Origin: an uncultured Sphingomonadaceae bacterium
GTDB taxonomy: Bacteria; Pseudomonadota; Alphaproteobacteria; Sphingomonadales; Sphingomonadaceae
Length of the DNA: 47,597 bases
Direction of reading: 5' to 3'
Assembly (NCBI GenBank): GCA_964235835.1
Contig: CAXSDY010000001.1
Location: forward strand, 1 to 47,597
Part shown: one piece after another, positions 10,752 to 20,661 of the stretch
Layout: every line of letters starts with the position of its first letter
How positions within the stretch are numbered: position 1 is the stretch's first letter
Translations under genes and position numbers: made by a program
The notes under the pieces: generated by a model
The model's database searches: none
What the model was told of the DNA's origin: nothing
The model's input: the letters and a program-made list of their open reading frames with translations, nothing else

Positions 10752-11515
10752 AGCATCTGCGCCCGCTCGCCGGTGACGGAGCGGCCGCCCGGGAGCGCGG
10801 GGCGGTGCCCGCCGAGGCCGCCGTTCCGCGGCACGTGGCGATCATCATGGACGGGAACGGGCGCTGGGCGGCCAAGCGCGGATTGCCGCGCGTCGCCGGC
10901 CACCGCGCCGGGGCGGAAGCTGTCCGCACCACGGTGCGTGCCGCGGCCGAGGCGGGTGTCGAAGTGCTCACGCTCTATGCTTTTTCCAGCGAGAATTGGC
11001 GCCGTTCGGACGAGGAAGTGTCGGACCTCACGGCGCTGATGCGCTTCTACCTCGACCGCGAGATCGCGACTCTGGAGCGGGACGGCGTGCGGCTGGAGTT
11101 CATCGGACGGCCCGAGGCTTTCGGAGCCGATCTCGCTGCGCGGATGCGCGCCGCCGCCGAGCGCACGCGCCCCAACACCAAAATCACGCTGGTCATTGCG
11201 CTCAACTATGGTTCGCGGGCGGAGATCGCAGCTGCCGCTCGGCGCCTGGCGGAGAAGGCAGCGGCAGGCGAACTCGACCCGTCCGGCATCGATGAGGCGA
11301 CCCTCGCGGCCGAGCTGCAGACACGCCAGTGGCCGGATCTCGACCTGCTGATCCGCACGTCGGGCGAAGTGCGGCTGTCCAATTTCCTGCTGTGGCAGGC
11401 AGCCTATGCCGAGCTGATCTTCCTCGACACGCTGTGGCCCGATTTCGACCCGTCCGCGCTGAACCAGGCGCTCGGGCAATATGCCGCGCGGCAGCGGCGG
11501 TTCGGCGGGCGCTAG
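10748..11515 (+). CDS. uppS: Undecaprenyl diphosphate synthase (isoprenyl transferase)
   Basis: [39 protein letters not shown]; GTG 10748 overlaps the frr stop. Confidence 0.97.
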   Translation: MKHLRPLAGDGAAARERGAVPAEAAVPRHVAIIMDGNGRWAAKRGLPRVAGHRAGAEAVRTTVRAAAEAGVEVLTLYAFSSENWRRSDEEVSDLTALMRFYLDREIATLERDGVRLEFIGRPEAFGADLAARMRAAAERTRPNTKITLVIALNYGSRAEIAAAARRLAEKAAAGELDPSGIDEATLAAELQTRQWPDLDLLIRTSGEVRLSNFLLWQAAYAELIFLDTLWPDFDPSALNQALGQYAARQRRFGGR

Positions 11516-12147
11516 TGGGCGACCTCGCCAGTCGGACGATCTCCGGCGTCATCATGATTGCGGTTGCGCTCGCCGCCGCCGTGCTGGGCGGCTACTTCTT
11601 TGCGGTCCTGGTCGCACTCGCGGCCGCAGTGATGTTCGTCGAATGGTCGCGGATGGTGCGCGGGTGGGGCCTGCACTGGATCGTGGGCGGGTTCCTCTAT
11701 GCGCTGCTCCCCGCCGCCGCGCTGCTATGGATCCGCGAGCGTGCAGATCACACGCTTTTTCTGCTGCTCTGGGTCTTCATCGTTACCTGGTCGACTGACA
11801 TCGGCGCCTACTTCGCGGGGCGGGCGATCGGGGGCCCGAAGCTCGCGCCGGCGATCAGCCCGAACAAGACGTGGGCCGGGCTGATCGGCGGCATGATCGC
11901 CGCCGCGGTGCTCGGCGGCGTATGGGCGACGACGACGGGCTTGCCGGGAGCGCTAATCTGGCTGGCGCCGCTGTTCGCCGCCGGGGCCCAGCTCGGCGAC
12001 CTGTTCGAAAGCTGGCTCAAGCGCCGCGCCGGCGTCAAAGACAGCGGGGACCTGCTGCCCGGGCACGGCGGCGTGCTCGACCGGCTCGACGGCCTGGTCG
12101 TCGTCGCGTGCCTGACCGCGCTGGTCTCGCTCGCGGGGCGGCCGTGA
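11515..12147 (+). CDS. cdsA: Phosphatidate cytidylyltransferase
   Basis: DIGAYFAGR, ISPNKTW, GDLFESWLKRRAGVKDSG, PGHGGVLDRLD. Confidence 0.96.
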   Translation: MGDLASRTISGVIMIAVALAAAVLGGYFFAVLVALAAAVMFVEWSRMVRGWGLHWIVGGFLYALLPAAALLWIRERADHTLFLLLWVFIVTWSTDIGAYFAGRAIGGPKLAPAISPNKTWAGLIGGMIAAAVLGGVWATTTGLPGALIWLAPLFAAGAQLGDLFESWLKRRAGVKDSGDLLPGHGGVLDRLDGLVVVACLTALVSLAGRP

Positions 12148-13301
12148 GCCGCACCCTGTCGATCCTCGGGGCGACGGGCTCCATCGGCACGTCGACGCTC
12201 GACCTCGTTGCCTGTCACCCCGATCGGTTCGAGATCGTTGCGCTGACCGCCGCCACTCAGGTCGAGGCGCTGGCCGATGCCGCGCGCCGCACGAACGCCC
12301 GTCTCGCGGTGATCGACGATGCCTCGTTGCTACCGGTGCTCGAGGCGCGGCTGGCCGGTAGTGGTTGCCGAGCGGCGACGGGCCGAACGGCCCTCGACGA
12401 AGCGGCGCGCTCGGCCGAGCTCGTCATGGCAGCGATCGTCGGATGCGCCGGCCTGGAGCCGATCATGGCCGCGATCGAAGCCGGTCGCACCGTCGCGCTC
12501 GCCAACAAGGAAGCGCTGGTCACCGCCGGCGCGCTCATGACCGACGCCGCAGCCCGCCACGGCGCCCGAATCCTGCCGGTCGACAGCGAGCATAACGCGA
12601 TCTTCCAGTGCCTTACAGGCAGTCGTTCGGAAGACGTCGCGAAGATTACCCTGACGGCGAGCGGCGGTCCGTTCCGTCAACGATCGCTCGACGACATGCG
12701 CGCGATGACCCCCGAACAGGCGGTCGCGCACCCGAATTGGTCGATGGGCGCCAAGATCTCGGTCGACAGCGCGACGATGATGAACAAGGGCCTCGAACTG
12801 ATCGAGGCACATCACCTGTTCGGGCTCCCCTCCGACCGGATCGACATCCTGGTCCACCCGCAGTCGGTGGTCCATTCGACGGTCGAATTCGTCGACGGTT
12901 CGGTCCTCGCGCAGCTTGGCAGCGCGGACATGCGCATCCCGATCGCGCACGCGCTCGCCTGGCCACGGCGAATGGCGACGCCCGCGGCGCGGCTCGACCT
13001 TGCGACGATCGGCACGCTGACGTTCGAGGCGCCCGACGAGAAGCGCTTTCCCGCGCTGCGCCTCGCCCGGACGGCGCTCGAGGCCGGCGGATCGGCGGCG
13101 ACGGTGCTCAATGCGGCCAACGAGGTCGCGGTCGCGGCATTCCTCGATCGCCGGATCGGCTTCTGCGACATCGCCGAGCTGGTCGAGCGCGCGCTCGAGC
13201 GGACAGTCGCGCCCGCGCCCCGCTCCATCGCCGAAGTCATCGACATCGACCGCGAAGCGCGCGACACTGTGCGCCAGTTGATGATCGCCCTTGCCGCCTG
13301 A
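12144..13301 (+). CDS. dxr: 1-deoxy-D-xylulose 5-phosphate reductoisomerase
   Basis: ILGATGSIG, LANKE, PVDSEH, HPNWSMGAKISVDSATMMNKGLE. Confidence 0.98.
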   Translation: MSRTLSILGATGSIGTSTLDLVACHPDRFEIVALTAATQVEALADAARRTNARLAVIDDASLLPVLEARLAGSGCRAATGRTALDEAARSAELVMAAIVGCAGLEPIMAAIEAGRTVALANKEALVTAGALMTDAAARHGARILPVDSEHNAIFQCLTGSRSEDVAKITLTASGGPFRQRSLDDMRAMTPEQAVAHPNWSMGAKISVDSATMMNKGLELIEAHHLFGLPSDRIDILVHPQSVVHSTVEFVDGSVLAQLGSADMRIPIAHALAWPRRMATPAARLDLATIGTLTFEAPDEKRFPALRLARTALEAGGSAATVLNAANEVAVAAFLDRRIGFCDIAELVERALERTVAPAPRSIAEVIDIDREARDTVRQLMIALAA

Positions 13302-14428
13302 TGCTTAGCCAGCCGCCCGTATGGTTCATCCTCATCGCGTTCTTCTGCGCGCTGGGGCCGCTCGTGTTCCTGCACGAGCTCGGCCACTACAGCATGGCGC
13401 GACTGTTCGGGGTGGGGGCGGAGAGCTTTTCGATCGGCTTCGGGCCCGAACTCGCCGGCTGGACCGACCGACGGGGAACACGCTGGAAGATCGGACTGCT
13501 GCCACTCGGCGGCTATGTCCGCTTCAGCGGCGATGCGGATGCGACCAGCCGGCCGTCCGCGACGCCGCCCAGCGAGGAAGAGCGGGCGAAGAGCCTGCAT
13601 CTGAGGCCGGTGTGGCAGCGCTTCCTGATCGTCCTCGCCGGACCCGCCGCCAACTTCCTCGTCGCGATCCTCATCTTCGCGGGCTTCTTCCTGAGCTTCG
13701 GGACGCCGCACAGCCCGCCCGTGATCGGCGAGGTTCGCGCGAACAGCGCCGCGCAGGCTGCCGGGCTGCGACGGGGAGACCGGATTGAGTCGATCGGCGG
13801 GCGGACGGTCGGAAGTTTCGACGACATCAAGCGGTTCGTCGTGCTGCGGCCGGACCAGCAGCTGACTGTCCACCTCGTCAGGAGCGGGATCGAACGGGAC
13901 ATGCCGGTTCGGATCGGCAGCGAGGTGCTGAAGGACGACTTCGGGCAAGGTACGCGGATCGGCCTGCTCGGCATCCTCCCGGCCCAACGCGAATTCGTGC
14001 GAACGCCCCTGCTCGAGGTCTTGCCCGAAGCGACTCGCTATACGTTCAGCCTGACCCGCTGGATGGTCGACGGTCTGGGCCAAATCCTCTCCGGGCAGCG
14101 ATCGCCAAAGGAACTTGGTGGCACGCTGAAAATGGCGCAAATGGCCGGCCAGCAAGCGAGCCTTGGCATCTACGAGTTCATCCAGCTGGTTGCGGTCTTC
14201 TCAATTAATCTGGGATTCATCAACCTCTTGCCAGTGCCGATGCTCGATGGCGGACACTTGTTCTTCTACGCCGTCGAGGTAGTGCGGAGGCGACCGGTAA
14301 GCGAGCGCGCTCAGGAATGGGCATTTCGGGGCGGCCTGGCGCTCATCCTCGCGCTGCTCATGTTCACGACGTTCAACGACCTCGGGTCGTTCGGCGTGTG
14401 GGCGCGGCTCGGAAGCCTGATCGGCTGA
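13301..14428 (+). CDS. rseP: RIP metalloprotease RseP (M50 family, PDZ domain)
   Basis: HELGH, PLGGYV, AGPAAN, NLLPVPMLDGGH. Confidence 0.96.
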   Translation: MLSQPPVWFILIAFFCALGPLVFLHELGHYSMARLFGVGAESFSIGFGPELAGWTDRRGTRWKIGLLPLGGYVRFSGDADATSRPSATPPSEEERAKSLHLRPVWQRFLIVLAGPAANFLVAILIFAGFFLSFGTPHSPPVIGEVRANSAAQAAGLRRGDRIESIGGRTVGSFDDIKRFVVLRPDQQLTVHLVRSGIERDMPVRIGSEVLKDDFGQGTRIGLLGILPAQREFVRTPLLEVLPEATRYTFSLTRWMVDGLGQILSGQRSPKELGGTLKMAQMAGQQASLGIYEFIQLVAVFSINLGFINLLPVPMLDGGHLFFYAVEVVRRRPVSERAQEWAFRGGLALILALLMFTTFNDLGSFGVWARLGSLIG

Positions 14429-14547
14429 AGAGTCTGCCGGAAGACGCTCTCGGGGGGCCGAGTTGCTTGATCGAAGTGAGTGCTTAGGGCAGGGCCGCAC
14501 CGGGCGCGCGGATGGCGCCCGTTGATTGATTGAAGGGCGGGGATTGC

Positions 14548-17214
14548 GTGAACTCAACGAGCAGTAACAAGGTCCGACGCGCGGGAGCGATGCTCCTCGT
14601 CGGAACCATCCTCGGCGCGAATGCGGCCCCGCTGATGGCGCAGTCGGCTGCCTCCGCACCGCGGAACGCGCCGGCGGCTACAAGCGCTGCCGTGACGCCC
14701 ACCGCGCCCACAGGTGCTCAGGGAGCGCTGACCACCGCGCCCAGTTCGGGGACCATCCGCTCGATCACCGTTCGTGGAGCCGAGCGGCTCGAGCCGGAGA
14801 CGATCCGGTCCTATGCCAATCTCGCACCCGGCCAGACCTACACGACCGAGACGCTCGATGCCGCGCTGAAGGACCTTTACGCCGCCGAGCTGTTCGCGGA
14901 CGTCGTCATTTCCGGCGCGGACACCGGCGACCTGGTGATCACGGTGCGCGAGAACCCGGTCATCAACCGCATCGTGCTGGAGGGCAACAAGCGGTTGAAG
15001 TCGGACAAGATCACGCCCGAGATCAAGCTGGCGCCGCGGCAGATCTTCACCCGCTCGAAGGTCCGGGCCGATGTCGACCGCATCATCGAGCTGTACAAGC
15101 GGCAGGGCCGGTTCGCGGCCACCGTTGAGCCGAAGATCGTCCAGCTCGACCAGAACCGCGTCGACTTGGTGTTCGAAATCCATGAGGGCGCGAAGTCCAA
15201 GGTCCGGGCCATCAACATCATCGGCAACGAGCACTTCAAGGTCGGGCAGCTGCGCAAGCAGATGTACACCAAGCAGTCGGGCGGGCCGCTCGGGTTCCTC
15301 AAGTCGAACGACAGTTACGACCCGGACCGCCTGGCCGCAGACCAACAGAAGCTGCGCGCCTTCTACCTGACGCAGGGCTATGCCGATTTCCGCGTGGTCA
15401 GCGCGTTGGCGGAACTGACTCCGGACCGGCGGGACTTCGTGATCACGTACGTGGTCGAAGAGGGCCCGCGCTATAAGTTCGGCAAGATTGCTGCGGAAAG
15501 CGAGTTGCGCGATCTCACCGCAACCAAGCTGCAGTCCCTGATCAAGCTGCGCGAGGGCAACTGGTTCAACGCCAAGGGCGTCGAGGACACGGTCACGGCC
15601 CTGAACGAAGCGGCCGGAAACGTCGGCTATGCCAACGCCGACATCTCGCCCAACTACGACCGCGATGCCGGGAAGAAGTTGATGAACATCACCTTCCAGG
15701 CGGCCGAGACGCCCAGGGTGTACGTCGAGCACATCAACATCCAGGGTAACACGATCACCCGCGACAAGGTCGTCCGCCGCGAGTTCCGGGTCAACGAAGG
15801 CGACGCATTCAACGCGCTCAAGATCAAGCGCAGCCAGGACCGCATCCAGAGCCTGGGCTTTTTCCAGGACAAGCTGGAGGTCAAGCAGACGCCCGGAACG
15901 ACGCCCGATCGGGTCAACCTCGGCCTCGACCTGGAGGAGAAGTCGACCGGTCAGCTGCAGCTCTCGGCCGGCTACTCCAGCCTCGAGAAGTTTCTCATCT
16001 CCGCCTCGATCGAGCAGAACAATTTCCGCGGCATGGCGCAGACGCTGTCGGCCGGGGTCAACTGGTCACGCTATTCGAAGTCGGTGCAGCTGGGCTTCAC
16101 CGAACCCTATCTGTTCGACAAGCAGATCCTGCTGGGCGGCGATATCTATCGTCGCGATTACAATAGCTTCAACTACATCGGCAACGAGCGCAACACGACC
16201 TACTCGCAGCTGTCGACCGGCGGCGTCCTGCGCCTCGGCTTCCCGCTGACGGAATTCGCCACCTTCGGCACGCGCTACTCGCTGGTGCAGGACAAGGTGT
16301 CGTTGGATCAGGCCAGCTTCTATACCGATCCGGACCTCACCGGTCCGCTGCCCGCGACGTGCGATCCTTTGAAGGCCGGACGCTATCTGTGCGACGAAAT
16401 CGGAAAAAGGCTGACCTCCTCGGTGGGCTATTCGATCGGCTTCGACAACACCGACGGCATCCGGCCGACCCGCGGCCAGCGCGTGGTGTTCAGCCAGGAT
16501 TTCGCCGGCCTGGGTGGGGACGTCAAATACATCCGCAGTCAGGCCAACGCGACGAAGTACGTCGGCCTGCCCCGCGGGTTTATCTTCTCCGCGCATGCGG
16601 AGGCTGGTTACATCCACCCGCTTTCGAGCTCGCCCGGACCGGGCCGCGACGCCGTTCGGCTGACCGACCGGTTCTTTGGCACCGACCTGCGTGGGTTCAA
16701 CCTGCGCGGCATCGGCCCACGTATCGTCCGCCAGTCGTACGACGCGACGGGGGCGCTGATCCCGATCACGAAGGACAACCGGGTCAGCGACGCGCTCGGC
16801 GGCCGCGCCTACTACATGGGCCGGCTCGAGCTCGAGATTCCATTGGGCGCAGGCGCGCGGAGCCTCGGTCTGCGGCCCTCAGCGTTCATGGACGCGGGGT
16901 CGGTGTGGTCGCTGAAAGAGCCGCTGCGCGACAACATCCTTGCCGTTTGTACGCCCCTGACCACCAACCCGACGGGCGTGATCCGCTACGTCCGCCCGGG
17001 CGAGGCCGATTGCGACGCGACCCTGTTCAGCAAGGCGGGCGGCTACAAGGAAACCTTCCTCGGCAACTCGCCCAAGCCGCGGCTCTCGATCGGCATCGGC
17101 GTTAATTGGACCTCGCCCTTCGGTCCCTTGCGCATCGACCTTGCCAAGGCGCTGCTGAAGCAAAAGGGTGACGAAACCAAACTCTTCTCGTTTAACGTAG
17201 GAACTCAATTCTGA
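14548..17214 (+). CDS. bamA: Outer membrane protein assembly factor BamA
   Basis: Signal peptide, POTRA repeats, LRGF motif, SPFGPLRID, C-terminal FNVGTQF; start may be 14548 or 14590. Confidence 0.97.
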   Translation: MNSTSSNKVRRAGAMLLVGTILGANAAPLMAQSAASAPRNAPAATSAAVTPTAPTGAQGALTTAPSSGTIRSITVRGAERLEPETIRSYANLAPGQTYTTETLDAALKDLYAAELFADVVISGADTGDLVITVRENPVINRIVLEGNKRLKSDKITPEIKLAPRQIFTRSKVRADVDRIIELYKRQGRFAATVEPKIVQLDQNRVDLVFEIHEGAKSKVRAINIIGNEHFKVGQLRKQMYTKQSGGPLGFLKSNDSYDPDRLAADQQKLRAFYLTQGYADFRVVSALAELTPDRRDFVITYVVEEGPRYKFGKIAAESELRDLTATKLQSLIKLREGNWFNAKGVEDTVTALNEAAGNVGYANADISPNYDRDAGKKLMNITFQAAETPRVYVEHINIQGNTITRDKVVRREFRVNEGDAFNALKIKRSQDRIQSLGFFQDKLEVKQTPGTTPDRVNLGLDLEEKSTGQLQLSAGYSSLEKFLISASIEQNNFRGMAQTLSAGVNWSRYSKSVQLGFTEPYLFDKQILLGGDIYRRDYNSFNYIGNERNTTYSQLSTGGVLRLGFPLTEFATFGTRYSLVQDKVSLDQASFYTDPDLTGPLPATCDPLKAGRYLCDEIGKRLTSSVGYSIGFDNTDGIRPTRGQRVVFSQDFAGLGGDVKYIRSQANATKYVGLPRGFIFSAHAEAGYIHPLSSSPGPGRDAVRLTDRFFGTDLRGFNLRGIGPRIVRQSYDATGALIPITKDNRVSDALGGRAYYMGRLELEIPLGAGARSLGLRPSAFMDAGSVWSLKEPLRDNILAVCTPLTTNPTGVIRYVRPGEADCDATLFSKAGGYKETFLGNSPKPRLSIGIGVNWTSPFGPLRIDLAKALLKQKGDETKLFSFNVGTQF

Positions 17215-17783
17215 TGAAAAAATTGCTCCTTTTCTCCGCCTTCGCCGCCGTCGTGATCCCCGCTGCTGCGCAGGCCGCTCCGGCCAACATCGTCGTCGTC
17301 GATAATGAGCGCGTGTTCAGCGAGTGCACCGCTTGCCGCGCTGCGTCGACGCAGCTGCAAGCGTTGCAGACCCAGGCTCAGCAGCGTCAACAGACGCTCG
17401 GCACGACGTTGCGCACCGAGGGCACGTCGATCCAGACGGCCATCGACGCGCTCAACGGGAAGCAGCCCGATGCTGCGCTCCAGGCCCGCATCACCGCCTT
17501 CCAGACGCGGCAGAACGCCGCGCAGCAGGAGCTCCAGCGGCTCGGCCAGAACCTTCAGGCAACCCAGGCGAATGTCGCTCGCCAGATCCAGGCACGGCTG
17601 AACCCGATCTATACCCAGGTGATGACGTCACGCGGTGCCAACCTCGCCCTCGATGCGAACTCGACGCTCGCTCGCGGCAGCGCGCTCGACGTGACCAACG
17701 ATGTGCTTGCGGCGCTCAATGCGGCGCTGCCGTCGGTCAGCGTGACGGCAGGCGCGGCGGCTGCAACCTCGCAGGGCCGCTAG
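17214..17783 (+). CDS. skp: OmpH/Skp family periplasmic chaperone
   Basis: Signal peptide, IVVVD, long Q/A-rich coiled coil, DVTNDVLAALN; follows bamA. Confidence 0.88.
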   Translation: MKKLLLFSAFAAVVIPAAAQAAPANIVVVDNERVFSECTACRAASTQLQALQTQAQQRQQTLGTTLRTEGTSIQTAIDALNGKQPDAALQARITAFQTRQNAAQQELQRLGQNLQATQANVARQIQARLNPIYTQVMTSRGANLALDANSTLARGSALDVTNDVLAALNAALPSVSVTAGAAAATSQGR

Positions 17784-17789
17784 CCGGCG

Positions 17790-18269
17790 GTGAACGAACC
17801 CGGTTCGGCCAGGCCCGCGCTCGGGCCGCTCGACGTGCGCAAGGTGATGGCGGCGCTGCCGCACCGCTATCCCATGCTGCTGGTCGACCGGGTGGAGACG
17901 CTGGAGCCCGACGTTCGCATCGTCGCCACGAAAGCGGTGACGATCAACGAAGGGTTCTTCGCCGGGCACTTCCCGGGCCGACCGATCATGCCCGGCGTGC
18001 TGATCGTCGAGGCATTGGCGCAGGCCGCGGGCGTGCTCGCGGTCGAGAGCCTGGGCCTGTCCGGCTCCGGCAAGCTGGTCTATTTCATGGCGATCGAGAA
18101 CGCCAAGTTCCGCACCCCGGTGGAACCTGGCGTGCTGCTCACGCTCGAGGTCGAGTTCGTCCAGAAGCGCTCGAGTGTGTGCAAGTTCGCCGGGCGCGCG
18201 AAGGTCGGCGACAAGCTCGCGGCGGAAGCCAGTTTCACGGCGATGATCGCCGATCCGCCGGCCGAGTAA
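17790..18269 (+). CDS. fabZ: 3-hydroxyacyl-ACP dehydratase
   Basis: [36 protein letters not shown]. Confidence 0.98.
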   Translation: MNEPGSARPALGPLDVRKVMAALPHRYPMLLVDRVETLEPDVRIVATKAVTINEGFFAGHFPGRPIMPGVLIVEALAQAAGVLAVESLGLSGSGKLVYFMAIENAKFRTPVEPGVLLTLEVEFVQKRSSVCKFAGRAKVGDKLAAEASFTAMIADPPAE

Positions 18270-18974
18270 TCAGGTCCCGGTCAGACGCCATCCGCCCGTG
18301 TCCGCCGGCTCGACCCCGAATAAGTGGCCGATCTGCTGCATCGCTTCGGCCGGCTTGCCGTCCCCCACGATCCTGCCGCGATCAAGCAGCAGGAGTCGAT
18401 CGAAACGGTCGAGCAATGCCAGATCGTGAAGGGCGACCATGACAGTCGCGCCACGGTTCCTCTCGCTTGCGAGATGGTCCAGCGTCCGCAGCACCCAGTA
18501 CGGATCGAGGTTCGACAGCGGCTCGTCGAGGAGCAGCAGGCGCGGTCGCGCGGCCACCGCGCGGGCGAGCAGCGCGCGGGCGCGCTCGCCCGTGGACAGG
18601 CTGTTGATGGGCCGGTCGGCCAGCGCAGCGAGCCCGAGCGCGTCGACGAGTTCGGCGATGCGCCGTTCGTCGACTTCGCCAAGGCCGAGCGCAATCACAT
18701 CGCGCACCGCAATCGGCCAGGTCACCTCGCGCGACGCGGGCAGCAGCGATAGCAGACCGCGTCGAACAACCTTGGATGCTCGATCGATGTCGACGCCGTC
18801 GACGCGAACGACGCCGGTTGCATCCTCGACCCTGGCGAGGGCGCGCAGCAAGCTGGTCTTGCCGCTGCCGTTCGGTCCGACAAGCGCGATCAGTTCCCCG
18901 CCTGAGCTTTGGAGGCTGGTCGGCACGAGTCTGCGCTCGATCGATACATTCGAGGCCTCCAGGAGCTGGGTCAT
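18270..18974 (-). CDS. btuD: ABC transporter ATP-binding protein (BtuD/FepC-like)
   Basis: Walker A GPNGSGKT, LSTGE signature, LLLLDEP; last gene of the B12-riboswitch operon. Confidence 0.85.
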   Translation of the reverse strand: MTQLLEASNVSIERRLVPTSLQSSGGELIALVGPNGSGKTSLLRALARVEDATGVVRVDGVDIDRASKVVRRGLLSLLPASREVTWPIAVRDVIALGLGEVDERRIAELVDALGLAALADRPINSLSTGERARALLARAVAARPRLLLLDEPLSNLDPYWVLRTLDHLASERNRGATVMVALHDLALLDRFDRLLLLDRGRIVGDGKPAEAMQQIGHLFGVEPADTGGWRLTGT

Positions 18975-19915
18975 GGCCGGATCTCGTCGCGCCGACTGAG
19001 AATCAGCCACAGGAACAACGGCGTCCCGGCAAGCGACGTCACGACGCCGATCGGGACCGGCCGGTCGAACCCGCGGGTGACCAGATCGGCAAGGAGCAGG
19101 AGCAGGGCGCCGATCGATGCGGCAGGAACCATCGCGCGCCCTGGGTGGCCGCCAGTGAGCCGGCGCGCCAGAAACGGCGCGATGAGCCCGACGAAACCGA
19201 TCGCACCGCACACCGCCACGCAGGCGCCGACCGCGACGGCGCTGAGCGTCACGACCTCGATCGCGAGCCGGCGAGGCTTATGACCGAGCGAGGCGGCCAC
19301 GTCCTCACCGATGGCGAGCAGGTCGAGCGAGCGGGCGCGGCGGGCGAGCAGGCTGGCGGCGCAGCCGGCCGGGATCAGGGCCGCCCCCGCCTGCGCCAGG
19401 CTGCGATCGGTAAAGCTGCCCATCAGCCAGTCGAACGCATCGTAGAAGGCGAACGGCGAGGGGGCGAGCGCGAGGGCCAAGCTCGTCGCAGCCCCGCACG
19501 CCAGCGAAACCGCGATCCCGGCAAGCAGCAGCGTTGCCGCGCCCGCGCGCGGCCCCGCCAAGCCCAGCAGCGCGAACAGGGTGAGCAGGGCGCCCAGTGC
19601 GCCGCACGCCGCCAGCGCAAGCGGATCGGCGAGGCCCAGCCAATAGCCGCCGAGCACCGCGCCTAACGCCGCGCCGCTGGTGCTCCCGGTCACGTCGGGA
19701 GAGGCGAGGGGGTTGGCGAACAGCGCCTGGAGGGCCGCGCCGGTCAGGCCGAGCACGGCACCATAGCCCGCCACGAGGAGAGTGCGCGGGAGGCGTAGCT
19801 CGACCAGCAGCAACTTCTGCAACGCCGGGTCGAGCGCGAGGATCGAAGTCGGCAGCAGCAGGTGCAGCACGAGCAACGTCGCGGTTGCCGCAACTAGTAT
19901 TGGTCCAGTCCTCAT
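18971..19915 (-). CDS. btuC: FecCD/BtuC family ABC permease
   Basis: ELRLPR, QALFANPLASPDVTG, GAIGFVGLIAP, PIGVVTSLAGTPLF. Confidence 0.88.
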   Translation of the reverse strand: MRTGPILVAATATLLVLHLLLPTSILALDPALQKLLLVELRLPRTLLVAGYGAVLGLTGAALQALFANPLASPDVTGSTSGAALGAVLGGYWLGLADPLALAACGALGALLTLFALLGLAGPRAGAATLLLAGIAVSLACGAATSLALALAPSPFAFYDAFDWLMGSFTDRSLAQAGAALIPAGCAASLLARRARSLDLLAIGEDVAASLGHKPRRLAIEVVTLSAVAVGACVAVCGAIGFVGLIAPFLARRLTGGHPGRAMVPAASIGALLLLLADLVTRGFDRPVPIGVVTSLAGTPLFLWLILSRRDEIRP

Positions 19916-20661
19916 CGGGCGTCGCGCCGGAGCCGCTCGATCGCGTCGATCATCACCGGTCCCCCACAGGTCCAAGGGCGGCCGTCCGTCGAAACCTTTC
20001 TGGATGCCAGGCGAGCGAGCAGTGGGTGGTCGAGCCAGCGCTGGCCTTGCGAGACCTGCCCTGCGCGATAGCGGCTCATGACGAGGACTGCTGGCGGACG
20101 AGTCACCAGCGCCTCCAGCATAGCGCGTCCGCCAGGGAGCGCACGCTGCCGCAAGCCCGCGAGCGCGAGCCATTGCGCGCCGAGCGATCGAGGAGCGAGC
20201 GTCAGGCCGCCGTTACCGAGCCAGATCGCATCCCGCTGCGGCTCAGTAGTCGCTCGAACCGCCTCCAGGCGCCGAACGAGCGGGGCCGCGCGGCCAGGAT
20301 CGCCGAGCGCCGTCGCGACCCGGACGAGCGTTGCGCTCACTTGATCGATATCGTTCGGCTGCGGCAGGTCGAGCACCGTCAAACCCATCGAGCGGGCGAT
20401 CGCCATGCTCGACCGACCGGCTCCGCCCATCGTCAGGATCAGCGTCGGCCGCAGCGCAACCACGTCCTCCAGGCGACCCCGATTGCCGGCGAAACGCCGA
20501 GCGATCGGTGCCAGCACGCTCTCCTCAGGATCCTGCGCCAGGCGGGTGACGCTGACCACCTCGCGTGGCCGCGCGAGCAGCAGCAGATATTCGTCGGCGC
20601 AAAGGTTGAGCGAGGCGACCCGAAGCGCGCTAGCGGCCAAGAGCGAGGCGAAGACCGCCAT
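19912..20661 (-). CDS. btuF: ABC transporter substrate-binding protein (BtuF-like)
   Basis: RVASLNLCADEYLL...WTCGGP, typical of alphaproteobacterial cobalamin-binding proteins. Confidence 0.82.
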   Translation of the reverse strand: MAVFASLLAASALRVASLNLCADEYLLLLARPREVVSVTRLAQDPEESVLAPIARRFAGNRGRLEDVVALRPTLILTMGGAGRSSMAIARSMGLTVLDLPQPNDIDQVSATLVRVATALGDPGRAAPLVRRLEAVRATTEPQRDAIWLGNGGLTLAPRSLGAQWLALAGLRQRALPGGRAMLEALVTRPPAVLVMSRYRAGQVSQGQRWLDHPLLARLASRKVSTDGRPWTCGGPVMIDAIERLRRDAR

